Origin: Saccostrea cucullata
Taxonomy: Eukaryota
Length of the DNA: 64,000 bases
Reading direction: 5' to 3'
Assembly: GCF_032062105.1 (NCBI RefSeq)
Contig: NW_026932328.1
Location: 186,001 to 250,000 of the forward strand
The notes under the pieces are model-generated. The model was given only the letters and a program-made list of their open reading frames with translations, was not told the DNA's origin and searched no databases. The translations under genes and the position numbers were made by a program. Positions 1 through 13,927 of this stretch are shown here, piece after piece. How positions within the stretch are numbered: position 1 is the first letter of the stretch; each line of letters begins with the position of its first letter.

Positions 1-267
1 AATAAAATTGATCAATGGGGCCGTTTTTGAACTGATGCGGCGGTGCCTGAGAAACTATTGATTAATTTTTTTTTTGGCCTAACGGTATTTTCTGCTGTGT
101 TATTTCAGATGTAATAATTTTTATTTAAAATCTGTATGTATACTTGCACATTTTCATCCTGAACCACTTTATTCATAGTCAATGCTTATATCTACTTTTT
201 TGAGAGTTTAGTGTAACAATATTAAAGTTAAACTTTCACCATTTATTGAGAATCTGAATTATTAAAG

Positions 268-3200
268 GGAAATTTACTGGATTGAAGGCCTCGGTAGGAA
301 TTATACAATAAAAGTTGGAAAATTTGATGGAAGTCCAGCAAAAGTGATTGTTAATAGTACTAACCTCAAAAAACCTACTGGGTTATTTTACCACGTGGAA
401 AAGCATCGGTGAGTAGAATAGAACCAATTCATTTTCTGGAATTAATGAACTGTTTAAAGGTGAAATATATAATGGTTACTCTAGCATAATTTATGCTTTT
501 GTTTTTTTTTTATTCTTTAAAAACACTTTGAATAACTTTGTGTATATAATGGCAAACCTTTAAAAGAAATGTACTTTTATTTATCGATACACAGTTTGCA
601 AATATTTTTTTCTTTGTAGGTTGTTTTGGATAAATTGGGACAGTATCCACAGTTGTAAAACAGACGGTTCTGATCTGACTACACATCTACATTCTATTTC
701 TGTGCTATTCTTTGGGGTAGAACTTTTGGTCTATAAGGTAATCAAGATTTGAAAAATGGTTTTGATTATAATAGGAAATATCGTTGATACCCTCTTAGAA
801 ATTTAAGTTGTTTTTATTACCGGTACCAGAAAAAGCTTCAAATTTAAGTTTATATGAGTTATTGCCTTACATTTGAAGATCTATGCTTATTTTCAACAGG
901 TAGACCACCTTTTCAAAACACGTTGCAAAGCTTTACACCCATTCTCAATATAAGGGCACAAATGCCTCTCTGATTTTTAAAAAAATGAAGTTCAAGATAA
1001 CAATTTTTCTATCAATTACCTTTGAAAAAAAGTATCTGAAGATTTTGTTTCCAGATTTTTTTTCATCAAATTTCAATACATGGAATAATGACAAGACGGT
1101 AAAGTAGAGGGTGATTTTATTCAGAAATGTAGCTTGAAATGTACGTTACTCTTTCTTCAATGTCCAAAAAGATATGTCAAAAAAAATATTGTCATTAAAA
1201 TCACAATTGGAATATCTCATCTTAACACCAGGACATCCTACCAACTCTGTCAGCAACATATTTTCTCGGCATACGAACGTGCGTTTGATTTTTCCTTTCA
1301 AAAAACAAAGGTTACTTTTTGATCCATATGTATAAAAACATTTTTTTTAAATATAATCTTTAAATTCTTCTCTCTGTTTTGTTTAGAGCGATCAGTTTGG
1401 AATCTTGTCATTTTCTATAGATACTGGAACTTAACATGTACATGTAGTAAAATTCTATTTTGTAGTTACTGTCTTTTTTAACACATATCCATGCCGATTT
1501 AGAAAACTACGTAAATATAACGTACATTTCAAGATATATTTCTGTTTAATAAAAAGCTTAAAATTCATCTAAAATTCATCGTTTTGTTTCAGTTTATTCC
1601 AAAAACGATTCTCTATGTTATCACATTGTGTTATATGTCAAAATCACCACTATAAAGATACGATTGCCTCAGAATATGAGTAGGTAACGTACATTTCAAG
1701 CTTGTAATAATATGTAAATTAGTAATAAGAAAATATTGAAAAAAAGCAATTATTGACATAAAAATCATTTTAATGAAGCGTTTTAACGCAGTAATGTAAG
1801 AAATCATAATGTAACAAACGAGGTTATTTGTCATCAACTACATGAATGTCACGTCACTTCGGTAACGTTCATTTCACATATTATTGGGGAGTCCCCTCCA
1901 CCTCAGTTCATTACCATTCTTTTGTGCTGTTTCGCTGAAATTGACACCGGTCGTAGCTTAGTTACTTTCAAATTTAGCCCATCAATAAATAAAGGAGAAC
2001 AAAACTATCAGGTGTATAATCTTTGTGTTTGCTTGTAATGTGGTTGAAATAGAATTAAGCGACAGGGACATTGCACAATAAAAACTATTTATCATCACAA
2101 AGAAAATGTATTTATTGTTATGAAAAGAAATATATATGATACAAGGTTTAACGTATCAGAAAATTTTTACTTGAGAATCAAAACTATATATTACACAGAG
2201 GGGATTCAGCATAATATTTGCCTCGGCGACAGTAACGTACATTTCAAATAGGTTACTATATTTGAATTTGGAACTCCTTAAATACCCTTTAATATGACTA
2301 TTTATAATGTTGATTTAAAAATTACATCAGTGGTATTTCTTCTAAATGAAAATGAGGTTTGAGCCCTTATATTGAGAATGGATGTTTAACCGTATTACCA
2401 TAAACAAAACATTTGATAATCTGTTGGCATTTCCTTTGTAGGATCATGCAATATGGACACATGGTAAAAATTTCGTAATGACGGGTAGTATCTTTAGAAA
2501 TTCAGCAGAGGTTAAAATTGGCACCAATGACTATGGAAAACTAACTGGATTGGCAATATATGATCCAGACTTACAGCGGTATAAGAGAGGTATGCAGTCT
2601 TTATACAGACAACACAATGTTATTGGCATTAGCTGTTTCAACATTTCAAGTCATTTAAAACAAAATTATGCATGATAAAATGTTTCAAACTGTAAAGTAC
2701 TCAGTTACTTGAGGCTAACCTCTGTATTTTTAATTAGTTTTTATTCTTAAGTTTTTTTTTTTAAATAGGACCCTGTGAGATAATGAATGGAGGTTGTGAA
2801 CATGTCTGTTTACCCTCTGATACCACCGTAAGCTGTAAATGTGATTTTGGATATAGACTGGATTCTGACCAAAAAAGTTGTTCTTCAGGTACGAAAATTG
2901 CCTATATTTGATAATTCTTTAATCTTATTTGCATTTATATCATGAATATAAACATTTTATTCTATAAATGTAAATTAAAATTGAAATTTGTCTTACAGAT
3001 ACCTTAAAGGATCGATTCATGATCATAGCCGATCACACACATGGAAGACTTTATCAGGCGTCCTTAACCGATGCAAAGATCACTGCTTTGGATTTTCCTG
3101 AGGTCACAAAGCCTGCATGTGTTCTTTATAACAGAAATACCAAACTCGTTTACTGGGTAGAAATAGAAAGCAGAGGAAGTCAGATAAAACAAGCAACTAT

Positions 3201-4296
3201 TAAAGGAGAAAATACAACAGTCTTGATGGATTCAGGTCAGGAAAGTATAATCTTAATTTTGTAACATGACAAGAATAAGGGTCAAATTTCAAGATATACA
3301 GGCATACATGATAAAGCTCTCATTGAAAGATATGTTTTTTTTTAAAAGGCTAATAAATAGAAAAAATCTTAATCATTAGCATTCTCAAGATTCCTAAAAA
3401 TTTATTTCGCAGGATATGTGTATCTTGATAGGATAGCAATGGACTTCACAACAGGACATATATACTTCACGGCTGTAGCAAGTGATATTTATCAGAGTTA
3501 CGTAGGAGTACTCCATCCACAGAGAATGGTTCACCGAAAACTTATTTCTCAACTCGGAACCCCTCGGGCTATTGCAGTCCATCCATCATCAGGGTTAGAC
3601 TTTTTCAAAGAATGCTAACATCATGGTTTTGATGTACTTTAGTTTTGTTCTTTAGTTTTTGTTTAGTCTTATTCATGATATTCATTTTAAAATGCAAATG
3701 ATGTATCTCTTTAATTGTAAAAAGGAAAATATAATTATATGTTTCTTTGGACACATGCAGATATATGTTTTGGACAGACCACAATAAAAATAGTCCCCAT
3801 ATTGGACGTGCGTTCATGGATGGTTCTTCACAAAGAGTTTTGATTTCTAAAGATGTTGTGTGGCCAAATGGTCTTACCATAGACTACTCAGGTATGATGT
3901 ATGAAAAAAAACACAATTTCACACACACCCCTCAAATAAACAAAATGGAGAAAATAGGTTGGTTCCAATTAAACGTTCACCATTGAAACAAGGAATTGAA
4001 AATGTATAAAGATTTAATTTTAGATGTTTCAAATTTCATTAATACTCGCAAAGAATGTACTTTCATGTACCAATTTTAATTCTAGTTGTAATTAGAAGTA
4101 TCAAGATGTGCGTGTTATTTCTTTATTTTAGAGAATCTCCTGTACTGGGCAGATGGTCATACAGATACGATTGAATCAGTGGACATTCATGGTTTAAATA
4201 GAAAGGAAGTCTTAAAGGTTTCTAATCAGCAACTGATGGATGTAGAACTGTTTGGCTCCTACCTCTACTATACAGCATGGAACACACAGTAAGATG

Positions 4297-4327
<31 letters not shown>

Positions 4328-7300
4328 TGCCCCATCACATGTCCAAGTATATAATAGTGCCAGGGTTGGGGCCCTGGGTTCACTAAGTAACATACATAAT
4401 ACACATATATATTACACAATCATAATGTGACAGGACATTTTTTTCACATATCATTCACACACCTTTCGCTACATAACATGCATATGATTATATTTATAAT
4501 AATATTTAACAACTGAAATCTTAATATAATCAGTGAAAAGTTGATGTACATCTGTAACTGCATTGTTTTTTCAAAAATATTAATCATATTAAAACATTAT
4601 CAAATTCCATCGTTTTTTAAAACTGTCCATTTCCCCATTTTTCTTATAAATATATTTTTCACAATTAAAATAATACATAACCTCTTGTTTGACCCTCTCA
4701 AAAGATGGTACACATTTTTTGCATCTATTTCTATAAATATGCTTTTTTATTATACATACTACTAAATTAAATATATTGTTATATTTATAATGTTTTCCCA
4801 ACAAAACATCAACTTTGTTTAGAGATATATCAACTCCAAACTGTTCTTTCATCCAATCCAGTACATTTTCCCAAATTTCTGCAACACACTCGCATTCCCA
4901 AAAAAGATGACAAAGTGTCTCTGGGTGTTTCTTACAAAAACTACATAAATCTGAGTCAGTAACACCAATTTTGTGTAAATATGTATTTGTAGCTAAAATT
5001 CTATGTACAATTCTATAGTGGAACCATCTTAACTGTATATCATTTGTTATGTTAAAAAACAGAATGTTTTGTTTTTTCCACCAAAATTCATCAACATTAA
5101 GTTCTAAAATGTTTTCCCATTTCATTTCACTTTTTGGTTTTTTGTATTTCTGACTAATAAAAACATCATAGAAATCTCTTGCACCTTGTTTGCTTTTTGT
5201 TATTGTTTGTAAGAATTTTGGGAAGAAAGGTTGATTTCTTTGAATTATATTATGATCATAATTCAACTGTAATTTTCTAATACAATTTGTTATGCCTAAA
5301 AACATTGTAAAAGGTGTTTTTAAATCATATTGTTTACAAAAGTCTTGGTATCCTAACAAAGTCCCATTTGTATCATAAAAATCAAAAACAAATTGTATAC
5401 CTTGTCTCAGCCATGACTTATAACAAACACTTCTGTTGTTTATACATATTGATGGATTATACCATATGGGACTTAAAATAGATGTTTGATCATCAATACA
5501 TAATCTCAAATCCAACAATGCTGAAAAAACATCATTCCAGAAAACATTTTCCGTATCTTTCTTAAGTTTTTTTGAAAAATCCCTACCATAGATAATAAAT
5601 ATTTAATGTCAGGAATTAAATCTTTTAGCAATTCTTTCCAGGCTGATTTACATGAACTATCAAACAATCTGCGAATCCATGTAATTTTTAAACTTTTACA
5701 AAATGAATCAAGACATGTCATTCTCATACCACCGTTTTCATAACTTTGGCATATAATATTTTTAGCCACCCTAGCCGTTTTGGTATTCCAGATATAATGA
5801 AAAAATATAGCTTCAATTTCTTTGAGTTTTTCTTTAGAAGGGCTCGGTAAACTAATTAATAGGTGACTAAATTTAGGTAAAAGCAAGTTTTTTACTACTG
5901 TTATACGACCTGCCGTTGATAAATGTCTTCTAGACCAATCTTTGCTTTGTGATCCCTCCTTTCTCGGGTCAAATTTGCAGATAATTGTATTGCCATATCC
6001 CTTATTTTCATTAATAGAACATCAAGAAAAAGATTATCTGGTATTCCTAACATTGATTCATCAATACGATATTCATTATCCGTTTCCCTTATAATTTTTT
6101 TAACATTTGTCACAAATTCTTTGTTTCTCAATAAGGAATTGTTAAAACGCCAGAATCCCTTTCCACGTTTAAATTCATTAATAGTAATATCTAATTCTAT
6201 GATAGAGTGATCAGTCCTATAGCCTGGCATCATGTGAACATCATTTATAATTGATAAGAGTTCCTCTGATACTAAAAAAAAGTCAAGTCTAGCCTGTTTT
6301 ACTAGGTTCTTCCTACTCCATGTATATTTTTTAGCATCTGGGTTTTTGATTCTTACTAAATTGAATTTTGATTTTAATTTTTCAATTTCAAGTTTATTTT
6401 TGGGATTGTTTTCTCTAACATAATTGTAACAGTCTAACTGGTAATCTTGTACTACATTCCAGTCTCCACACATAATTATAAAGTCAGTATCAAAAAAATC
6501 ATCCATTTTATCACTTATTTCTGCATAAAATTTAGGATTATCTTTATTGTGACCATATAAATTAACCAAAGTGATTGAGTACTTGTTATCCACCATTATA
6601 TTTGATATAATGAAATTCCCCTCATTATCACTATAAACTTTTGAAATTTTTATTTCATTTGTGTTATTAAAAAGGGTTAAAGTCCCTCTTGCATCTGATT
6701 TTCCTGAGCTGATGAGTATGTCATTACCCCATTGGGCATAAACTGAATTTTTCTCTAATTCTGTACAGTGGGTGTCTTGTAAACAATAAATAGATGATTT
6801 AAAATTTCTTAAATAGTTTAGGACATCCTTTCTTTTCATAGAATCATGTAAACCTCTGCAGTTTACAGAAGTAATTTTTAACTTAGTCATAGATTACACT
6901 ACACAGTTGAATAAAGGCAAAAAAATATGCATGTTGCATACTCTCCATTCTTTCACACATATATCAAAAATGAAAAATACTTCCTGTATGGTAACAAAAC
7001 AAATCAAGAAAATTCATGTATTACATCGCATTGGGTCTTTTTAATTTAACTTAGCCACCTAAATAAGATAGTGAACCGTAGTTCTCTCATAGAAAAAAAA
7101 TAATAAATACAAGCTCCTCTAAGAACTTCTACCAGTAATCTTTGTAATCTTTGTTGAAATTTAGGTATTTATTACATTAAAAAGAAAAAACCAATATGTC
7201 CCCATGTAATTTATACAGCAAACCATAAGCTGCCAAACAAATATATATCCTGAGACATACTACATGTAGATATGTTACAAGTTATCAACTATGACATAAC

Positions 7301-10300
7301 ACAGTAGTTCACAGATAACGATACCAAAAATTCTCAATATTTTACAAGTTATTAACAACTAAGGCATAACTCTGAATTTTACAGATATCATCCAAAGCTC
7401 AAAACACTGGTATTTTACTTTTAAACATCTGCCGCATACCTTAGTATATCTTTCTAATAGCATCTAAAACATACTTATTATGTGACAAGTAAACAACACG
7501 ATACCAACTGTAGCATAACTCATCACTTTACAGATATACAAAACCTTCACCATATCATACTCCTACAACCTGTCATCTCCTGCAAATAATCTTGTTCTTA
7601 TCTAGATCAATTAGAAGGAATCACTAAAAGCGAGCCATTCTTTTTCTCCTTTTTGTCGATACTCCAGAATCACATCGTCTTTCGTTTCACGGATTCTCGT
7701 CTTCATTCCTGATTTCCTGAGTTCATATGCTTTTTGAGCCAGCTCTGCCCTCTTTCTCTTCAAATGCACGGGTAGATCTGTTCGTATTGCATAGCCTTTC
7801 GGTAGGGTAGTGTTTCTGGCATGATTTAGTATCATATTACGGTCCTCCATAAGAACGAATTTAACAATGACTGCTTCTGGTGCTTCAGGTTTGTAACTGC
7901 TGTTGGGGTTTTTTGGAACCCTATGAGAGTTTTTAATCATTATAGACTCTGCTGTTGACATGCCCAGTTTTTCACTCAAAAATTTCACAATAACCTCGTT
8001 TGAAACTTCATTCTCTGCTTTAGGAATGCCATAAAATAAGAGGTAAGATGTAACAGTAAGATGTTAAATGGAAAAATTTCTGCGTGCTTTTACAAGCTTT
8101 AAATATTCGCTTTTCGGTATTTTCTCTGCAATTCTTAAAGAGAAAAGTAAAAGATTTTCAGGAAAGAGGAATATCAATGGTCACATTGATATGGTACAAA
8201 CGTACAAGCTCATGAATAGAGACAGGGCTTAACTTATCTTCAAGGTCTTAGGTCGATGTAGGATTTTAAAATAGTTTCACACAAAATTACTATGAAAAAG
8301 TTTTTATTTCAAGTAAATACAGTAGTTTCATTTTATATTTGCCATGATTTTGCCAAATTTCTTTTATTTTGACTCAGTCACAAACTGTACATGTGCTCTT
8401 AAAATACACATTTGAACAATTAGATATGTGCTCATTACAGCTTCAATATATTTTAAGTAAAACGTATTTCTATCTAACCAGCTACCGTCAATGAGGCCAG
8501 TATTTTGCCTAAACAACAACAGAGTAGTATTTTATGATTCCATAAAAAAGTATTTAAAATAACGATGAAATCCATATAATTTTATTATGTGATCTTTTTA
8601 AATTGATACATGCCATCGACAAAGGTAAAAGTATAGAATGCGATACTTTCGTTTCAGAGATGTCTAATGATTGACTTGTCTGTAAAGACATAATTAATGC
8701 CTGCATTAAATTAGAATTTTTTTTTTTATTTTTTCAGAAAAGTTTCTAAGGTGTTATTGAACAGTGATAGAACAGGGACTCTCGTAGACTGGATGCCCGA
8801 TGTTCCTGAATTAGGAAGATTAGATTCTATTGAAATACAGCCCGGAAATTATCAACCAAGTAATTGACAATCATTGCTTCTAACATATAGTAAAAATATT
8901 TACAATGTTGAACGAGAAATCAAAGTTTTTGGTACGGGACAATTGTAAATAATAATGATAAATGGAAAGTCTCAAAGCATTGAACATCCGTATACAAGCT
9001 AAAATAATAGCTTATTTTGAAATCAACTTGCCATATAAGCAAGAAAATAAAATACTACCAATTTGTAGTTTTTAAAATGACTCACTCCAATCGCAGAAGG
9101 GAAAAGCCCATTCTATCTTGGAAACAATTGATTTTAAATAATGTTAAAATGTTATATTACAGAAAGTTCAGCATGTTTACAAGACAATGGTGGTTGTAGC
9201 ACTTTTTGTCTACCGACACCAGAGGGACGCACCTGCGCTTGCGAGGAAGGTGTAGATTTACTGGCTAATGGTCAAACGTGCGAAATAAGCGGAGGCAAGT
9301 CGTGCATTTTAATTAATATAATCATTACAACTGTGGAAAAAAATCAATTTTTTTTATGTTTTTAATTTCAGTTTTAAAGTATTACAGATAGACAAAAAAA
9401 GGTTTGAATTTAATAATTCTTTGAATAGGTTCCCCTTGTCCCAGTACTTTGCCAAATGGGGCCTGGTCCACCAACTGCTATAAATTGCCGACAGAAAACT
9501 GTACTTACAGCTGTGATGAAAATTATCTCCCGAATGAAGCCTTTCCTTCTGTTACTTGTGGCAGAGATGGCCAGTGGTCAGTCCCTACTGAATCCCTTTG
9601 TAAAGGTAAAGTAATATGTTCAAATTATAATGCTGAATCAATATTAAAGGTAAATAAACATATACAAATAATTGCATAAGTATCTTAAAGATTCTGAAAT
9701 GATAATTTAAATATTGTAAAATGTCCATTAAATCTGAAGAAATTTATGACGTACATTAACATTACACATGTCAATAAGAGAGTTTTTTAAAAATCTAAAA
9801 TATTATTTGAAATCCTTCTCTAGAGAGTTTTTTTTAATCTAAAATATTATTTGAAAACCTTCTCTATAACGTATTTTTTTAAAATCATATTTTAAGAATT
9901 TTTTCTCCTTTTTATAAAAACCGACTGTCTTTGCAGCAAAAACATGTATTATCTATGACCCAGTCCATCACTTGCTGAATGGCTGTTTACCGGTGGTTGG
10001 GAATGAATGTGAATATGCTTGCAATGAAGGGTACCATAAAAATCCAAATATAAATAAGATTAAGTGCTTACCATCGCAGAAATGGAATGTCAATACTTTA
10101 GAAGCTTGTCGTCAATTTCAAGGAGAGGTCAAAGGTCAGTCCACATTGTCTGAGAGAAAAATAGATGGCTCGTTATTACGAAAGGTGGAAATATCCTCAT
10201 GAGAGTACATTTAATATATTTTTAATTTTCATTTGTGGCTGCATGTTTTTATGATTTTATTTAGTTAAATGTGCATTGTAATATATATGTTGAGCCTTTT

Positions 10301-11627
10301 ATATGAGTGATTTTTATAAGCTTTATAACTGTTTCATTTCTCCTCATTGAGACATTTTTTTGGTTTATAGTTGATTCTTTGGAAACGACGTCAATTCCTG
10401 TTAAGTGTCGAGCAGATGATCTTCCTAACGTTAAACTTGGTCCAGACTGCAGTAAATTGCCCGACGAGACATGCTCGTTCTCTTGCGTGAATGGTTACTT
10501 TAAAAAAGATGTAGATATTACAGAACTTGTATGCCTAGCAAATGGAAAATGGGATTTAGATCACATGCCATTATGTATTGGTAATCATTATCCTGTTTTA
10601 CATTTTTGGGGGGCGTGAGATGATGAGGGATTGCTGTTGATAGAGAAAGTATTTAGACTTTGAGGCTTGTTCATATAACTTTTTTTTCATTCAACATCAG
10701 TCAATCTTGATTGATGAAATTGTACATGTATATTGTTTTTTTTTCTAGAAGACGTTTGAAAATAAATTGTATAACCTCTGTACATTTCATACTAACAAGT
10801 GTTTCATTTCATTCAATTCCATTCACACATTGTAAAATTCTCATTTTATTTCATTTATACAGGGACTTTCTATCTTTGACATTCGCGGTAATGAGAATTG
10901 TAACCAGTATGACAATAGTTTAAAATAGATAAATTTGGTTTAACTTTTATATTACAATTTTCTTTCTAGATATCAATTTCGGGGGTATCAGTGACGATTT
11001 ATACTTGAGTTGCCTAAAAATAGCATAATTGGACTTATGAAATTGGTTTTAACTGTACTTTTCTTTTACAGCTGGTACTGGGATTAAAAGTTCCAAAATG
11101 TCTCAAGAAGAAAATAAATCAGACAAATCTTATACTGCAATAGCTGCTGCATTGGCTGCCGTTATAGGAGCAGTTCTCATCGCCGTTCTCGTCATAATGT
11201 TCTTCTACTGTAAACGAAAGTATGAACAATTATTTTCTTAAAGATGAGAAATCAAGAGATTTTTAGGAATTAAACATGCTACAGAGATACAAGATACATT
11301 TTTAGATAATATTTTTTGCTGATCATTGAATATCCAATCATGCAATTAACAAAACACTAAAATTCGATTTATTTCAAGTAAGATGAAATTTTTGTATGTG
11401 TATTGAATTTGCTGGAAAATTTTTTTTTTTTTCAATTATATCTTCAGTTTATTGGTTTGTATCTTTGATTTTTTTTTGGTAGAAGGAGAACGGTGGTTGG
11501 ACGGTACGAATCTCATCAAAATGAATCTAACGTTTATTGTGAACCTCATAAAGGAATCGTTAACTTAGCAGCGGACAATGGGAATAAAACAGAAAATAAT
11601 CATTATGCTCAAATGAGTGACATATGA
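268..11627 (+). CDS. LRP/cueball-like type I membrane receptor (YWTD beta-propellers + EGF + 3 Sushi/CCP + TM), 5'-partial, 15 exons in window
   Basis: Phase-consistent exons: 268-408, 620-737, 2442-2589, 2769-2888 (EGF), 2999-3235, 3413-3593, 3761-3891, 4132-4288, 8738-8859, 9163-9294 (EGF; GC donor), 9429-9605, 9937-10134, 10371-10580 (three Sushi-like), 11072-11219 ([26 protein letters not shown]), 11483-11627 (tail, TGA). YWTD-type motifs IYWIE, VYWVE, MFWTD, LYWAD and WPNGLTID; [11 protein letters not shown] and NGGCSTFC. Confidence 0.88.
4589..5945 (-). pseudogene. L1/Tx1 ORF2 post-RT region with zf-RVT (frameshifted)
   Basis: [37 protein letters not shown] and CSFC-x6-CHLFWEC motifs; frameshift near 5510. 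Confidence 0.88.
5901..6890 (-). pseudogene. L1/Tx1 ORF2 AP-endonuclease domain
   Basis: SVNCRGL, CLQDTH, NLYG, GDWN, ARLDFFL, TDH followed by [11 protein letters not shown]. Confidence 0.92.
7611..8042 (-). pseudogene. L1/Tx1 ORF1 C-terminal part (5'-truncated)
   Basis: LLFYGIP..., SHRV, 'VIVKF', 'IRTDLP...KRKRAEL' are typical L1 ORF1 RRM/CTD motifs. Confidence 0.8.
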
Positions 11628-12258
11628 AATTAATTCGCAATGTAATTATACCATAGTACATGTAGTATATGTTTCCTACCGATGTTTTTATTAATCAAGC
11701 ATCTGTATCGTTATTTTCATACCAGATGAAAGAATGAAGAAAGTCGAGTCTTTTTATGTCATTGCTTATCAAAAGATAACCATAGATATAGTGTAAATGT
11801 ATTATATTTGGCATGTACGATATTTGGCGGAAACTGACTTTTGAACAAGTTAGTGTAGATTTGATTAATAAATATAATACGTGTACAGTAATCATTCCAT
11901 AGTAATCCATACATGTATTAGTTTTAATATGCTTGTCCTCAGTATTGAGCTTGCATGTGTTAAAAAAACTGTTTTAGTGATTTATTTTTTTTTCTTAAAA
12001 AAGAAATAAAGATGAATTTGTGTTTATTGCTTTTATGTCTTTATTTAAATCTTAGACTATTTATTTTTTAGTCACATTTGATTAGTGTGGATGATAGCAT
12101 AAGAATAAAATGTGATTTGCCTTTTTCTTTTATTCCTGTTGCGGTAATTGTTCAAGGTCATATGATACGCAATAAAAATAAATGCGAATTAAATTGAATA
12201 ACTATCGGGATTAATATAATTCTATTGTAAAATGCACTGAAAATAAATTTAAAAGTAA

Positions 12259-12734
12259 GAGTGTGACATTTAACTCCGGACACGGTATTGTCCAGACCTG
12301 GTAATTTAGTACCATTTCTAATTGTGATGTTCAAAAATATATTATGGCAATTGATGGGAATTTTAGCGGTAGTACATGATTTGAAGTTAACATAAAAAAT
12401 ATCTTCTTTTTTTTTTAGGTATATGAGGTCCAAAACGTCAGAATCCAATGGGAGAATTGCAGTCTTAGCAATTTTCCCAGCTTTCACCTATTGGAGAAAA
12501 AGTTTCCGATGGGATATTTTCTCCGATTGAATTTTTCCTCACAAATGTTAAAAAGGGATAAATCCCACGGATATTGACAATGAATCATTTTTTTCTCCTA
12601 TACGTTGTTCAACTTGGGATACACCGGTATCCCATAAATAATGATAATGGTATCCCATTCATCATGAGATGACATGACCACAATGGTAGTAAAAAGTATG
12701 GACAATGTCGTATCCGGAGTTAAATGTCGCACTG
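12259..12734. mobile_element. MITE with ~36-bp TIRs (CAGTG-type, pogo-like termini)
   Basis: gagtgtgacatttaactccggacacggtattgtcca at the left end versus tggacaatgtcgtatccggagttaaatgtcgcactg at the right end. Confidence 0.7.
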
Positions 12735-13304
12735 TTAAATTCTTGGTTTTACATCTCAAATAATTTGTATACCAAAAGGAGATTGAGGTATATGTACTGG
12801 GTCTTTTTTTTAATTTAAAAAGGCAAAATAATGACAAAAATGTTTTAAGTGAATCTTATTTGCTCCTTTCGTATTTTTCTCCTCTTCATAATGCTTTGGT
12901 TCTTCACCAATTACATGAGATCAACATATACAATTATACAATGACAGTTTATGATTTATTTAATGTACATGTATTGTCTAATTATAAATTAGACACTGTG
13001 ATAACAATAGGCCTCGAGATCAGGACACAAATTAATTTTTTTATATATAAAACTTTGTAGTCAAGCAAACCAACATTAAATAATTTTTCACCACTGCTCT
13101 TCAAAAATATTGCTGTTCAAAGATAGATATTTATTAATATTAAGCAATTACATATTACTTAATGCATTTTTATTGTTTTTATCATTATTTTGCATCCTGT
13201 GTCATGAATATTTTATAGGTAACAAAAAAAATCTTTGTGAGAGTTATCTTTCGTTGTAATTAAGTTGATTCTCAATTAAAAACTGGATATGCTTTAAATG
13301 AAAA

Positions 13305-13556
13305 AATAGAGGTACTGTGAGTAATGAGCTCACTAAATGATGTGTCAAAATATGTGTCAGATCTGTGAGTAAAATAGGAGGTCCACAATGACAATATGTA
13401 ATAAAGATTCTGCAAAAGTTTCATCAAATTTTATTCAATGGTATGAGAGGAGTTGCGTATATGAGATGGGTACCCCAACGCGTAACAGACAGACGGATGG
13501 ACGGACGGACACACCGATTACTATATACCCTCCCGTTTTTCAAGCGGGGGTATAAT
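13305..13556 (+). mobile_element. Non-autonomous Helentron-type (HINE/pearl-like) element
   Basis: (ACAG/ACGG)n microsatellite at ~13485-13510 followed by the 3' hairpin ataccctcccg-tttttcaag-cgggggtat, the usual bivalve HINE layout. Confidence 0.7.
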
Positions 13557-13777
13557 AAACAGACGCGAGGAAAGCAGAGCTAAAATATTGGAGATCAGAG
13601 AAGAAGGAAGGATATTGTGTTATGGACTAAACAGTCTTTCCACATAAAATTCTTTTTACGGACGTAGATTTGGCTATGAATAATAATAAAGTTTTTTTTC
13701 TCATAGTTGCTCATCTTTCATCTTCAAATAAAGTTACGTCATTCAAAGATCAGTTTGTGTGTACAACTATGAGTGTA

Positions 13778-13927
13778 NNNNNNNNNNNNNNNNNNNNNNN
13801 NNNNNNNNNNNNNNNNNNNNNNNNNNNNNNNNNNNNNNNNNNNNNNNNNNNNNNNNNNNNNNNNNNNNNNNNNNNNNNNNNNNNNNNNNNNNNNNNNNNN
13901 NNNNNNNNNNNNNNNNNNNNNNNNNNN
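13778..13927. other. Assembly gap (150 N)
   Basis: Run of N. Confidence 1.

Larger units (their letters stand above)
4299..8042 (-). mobile_element. L1/Tx1-clade LINE, 5'-truncated, RT domain deleted, antisense in LRP intron
   Basis: Poly(A) tail seen as T-run 4297-4325; TSD acagtaagatgtt at 4286-4298 and 8053-8065; ORF1 remnant, APE endonuclease and C-terminal zinc-knuckle region in the expected order. Confidence 0.92.
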
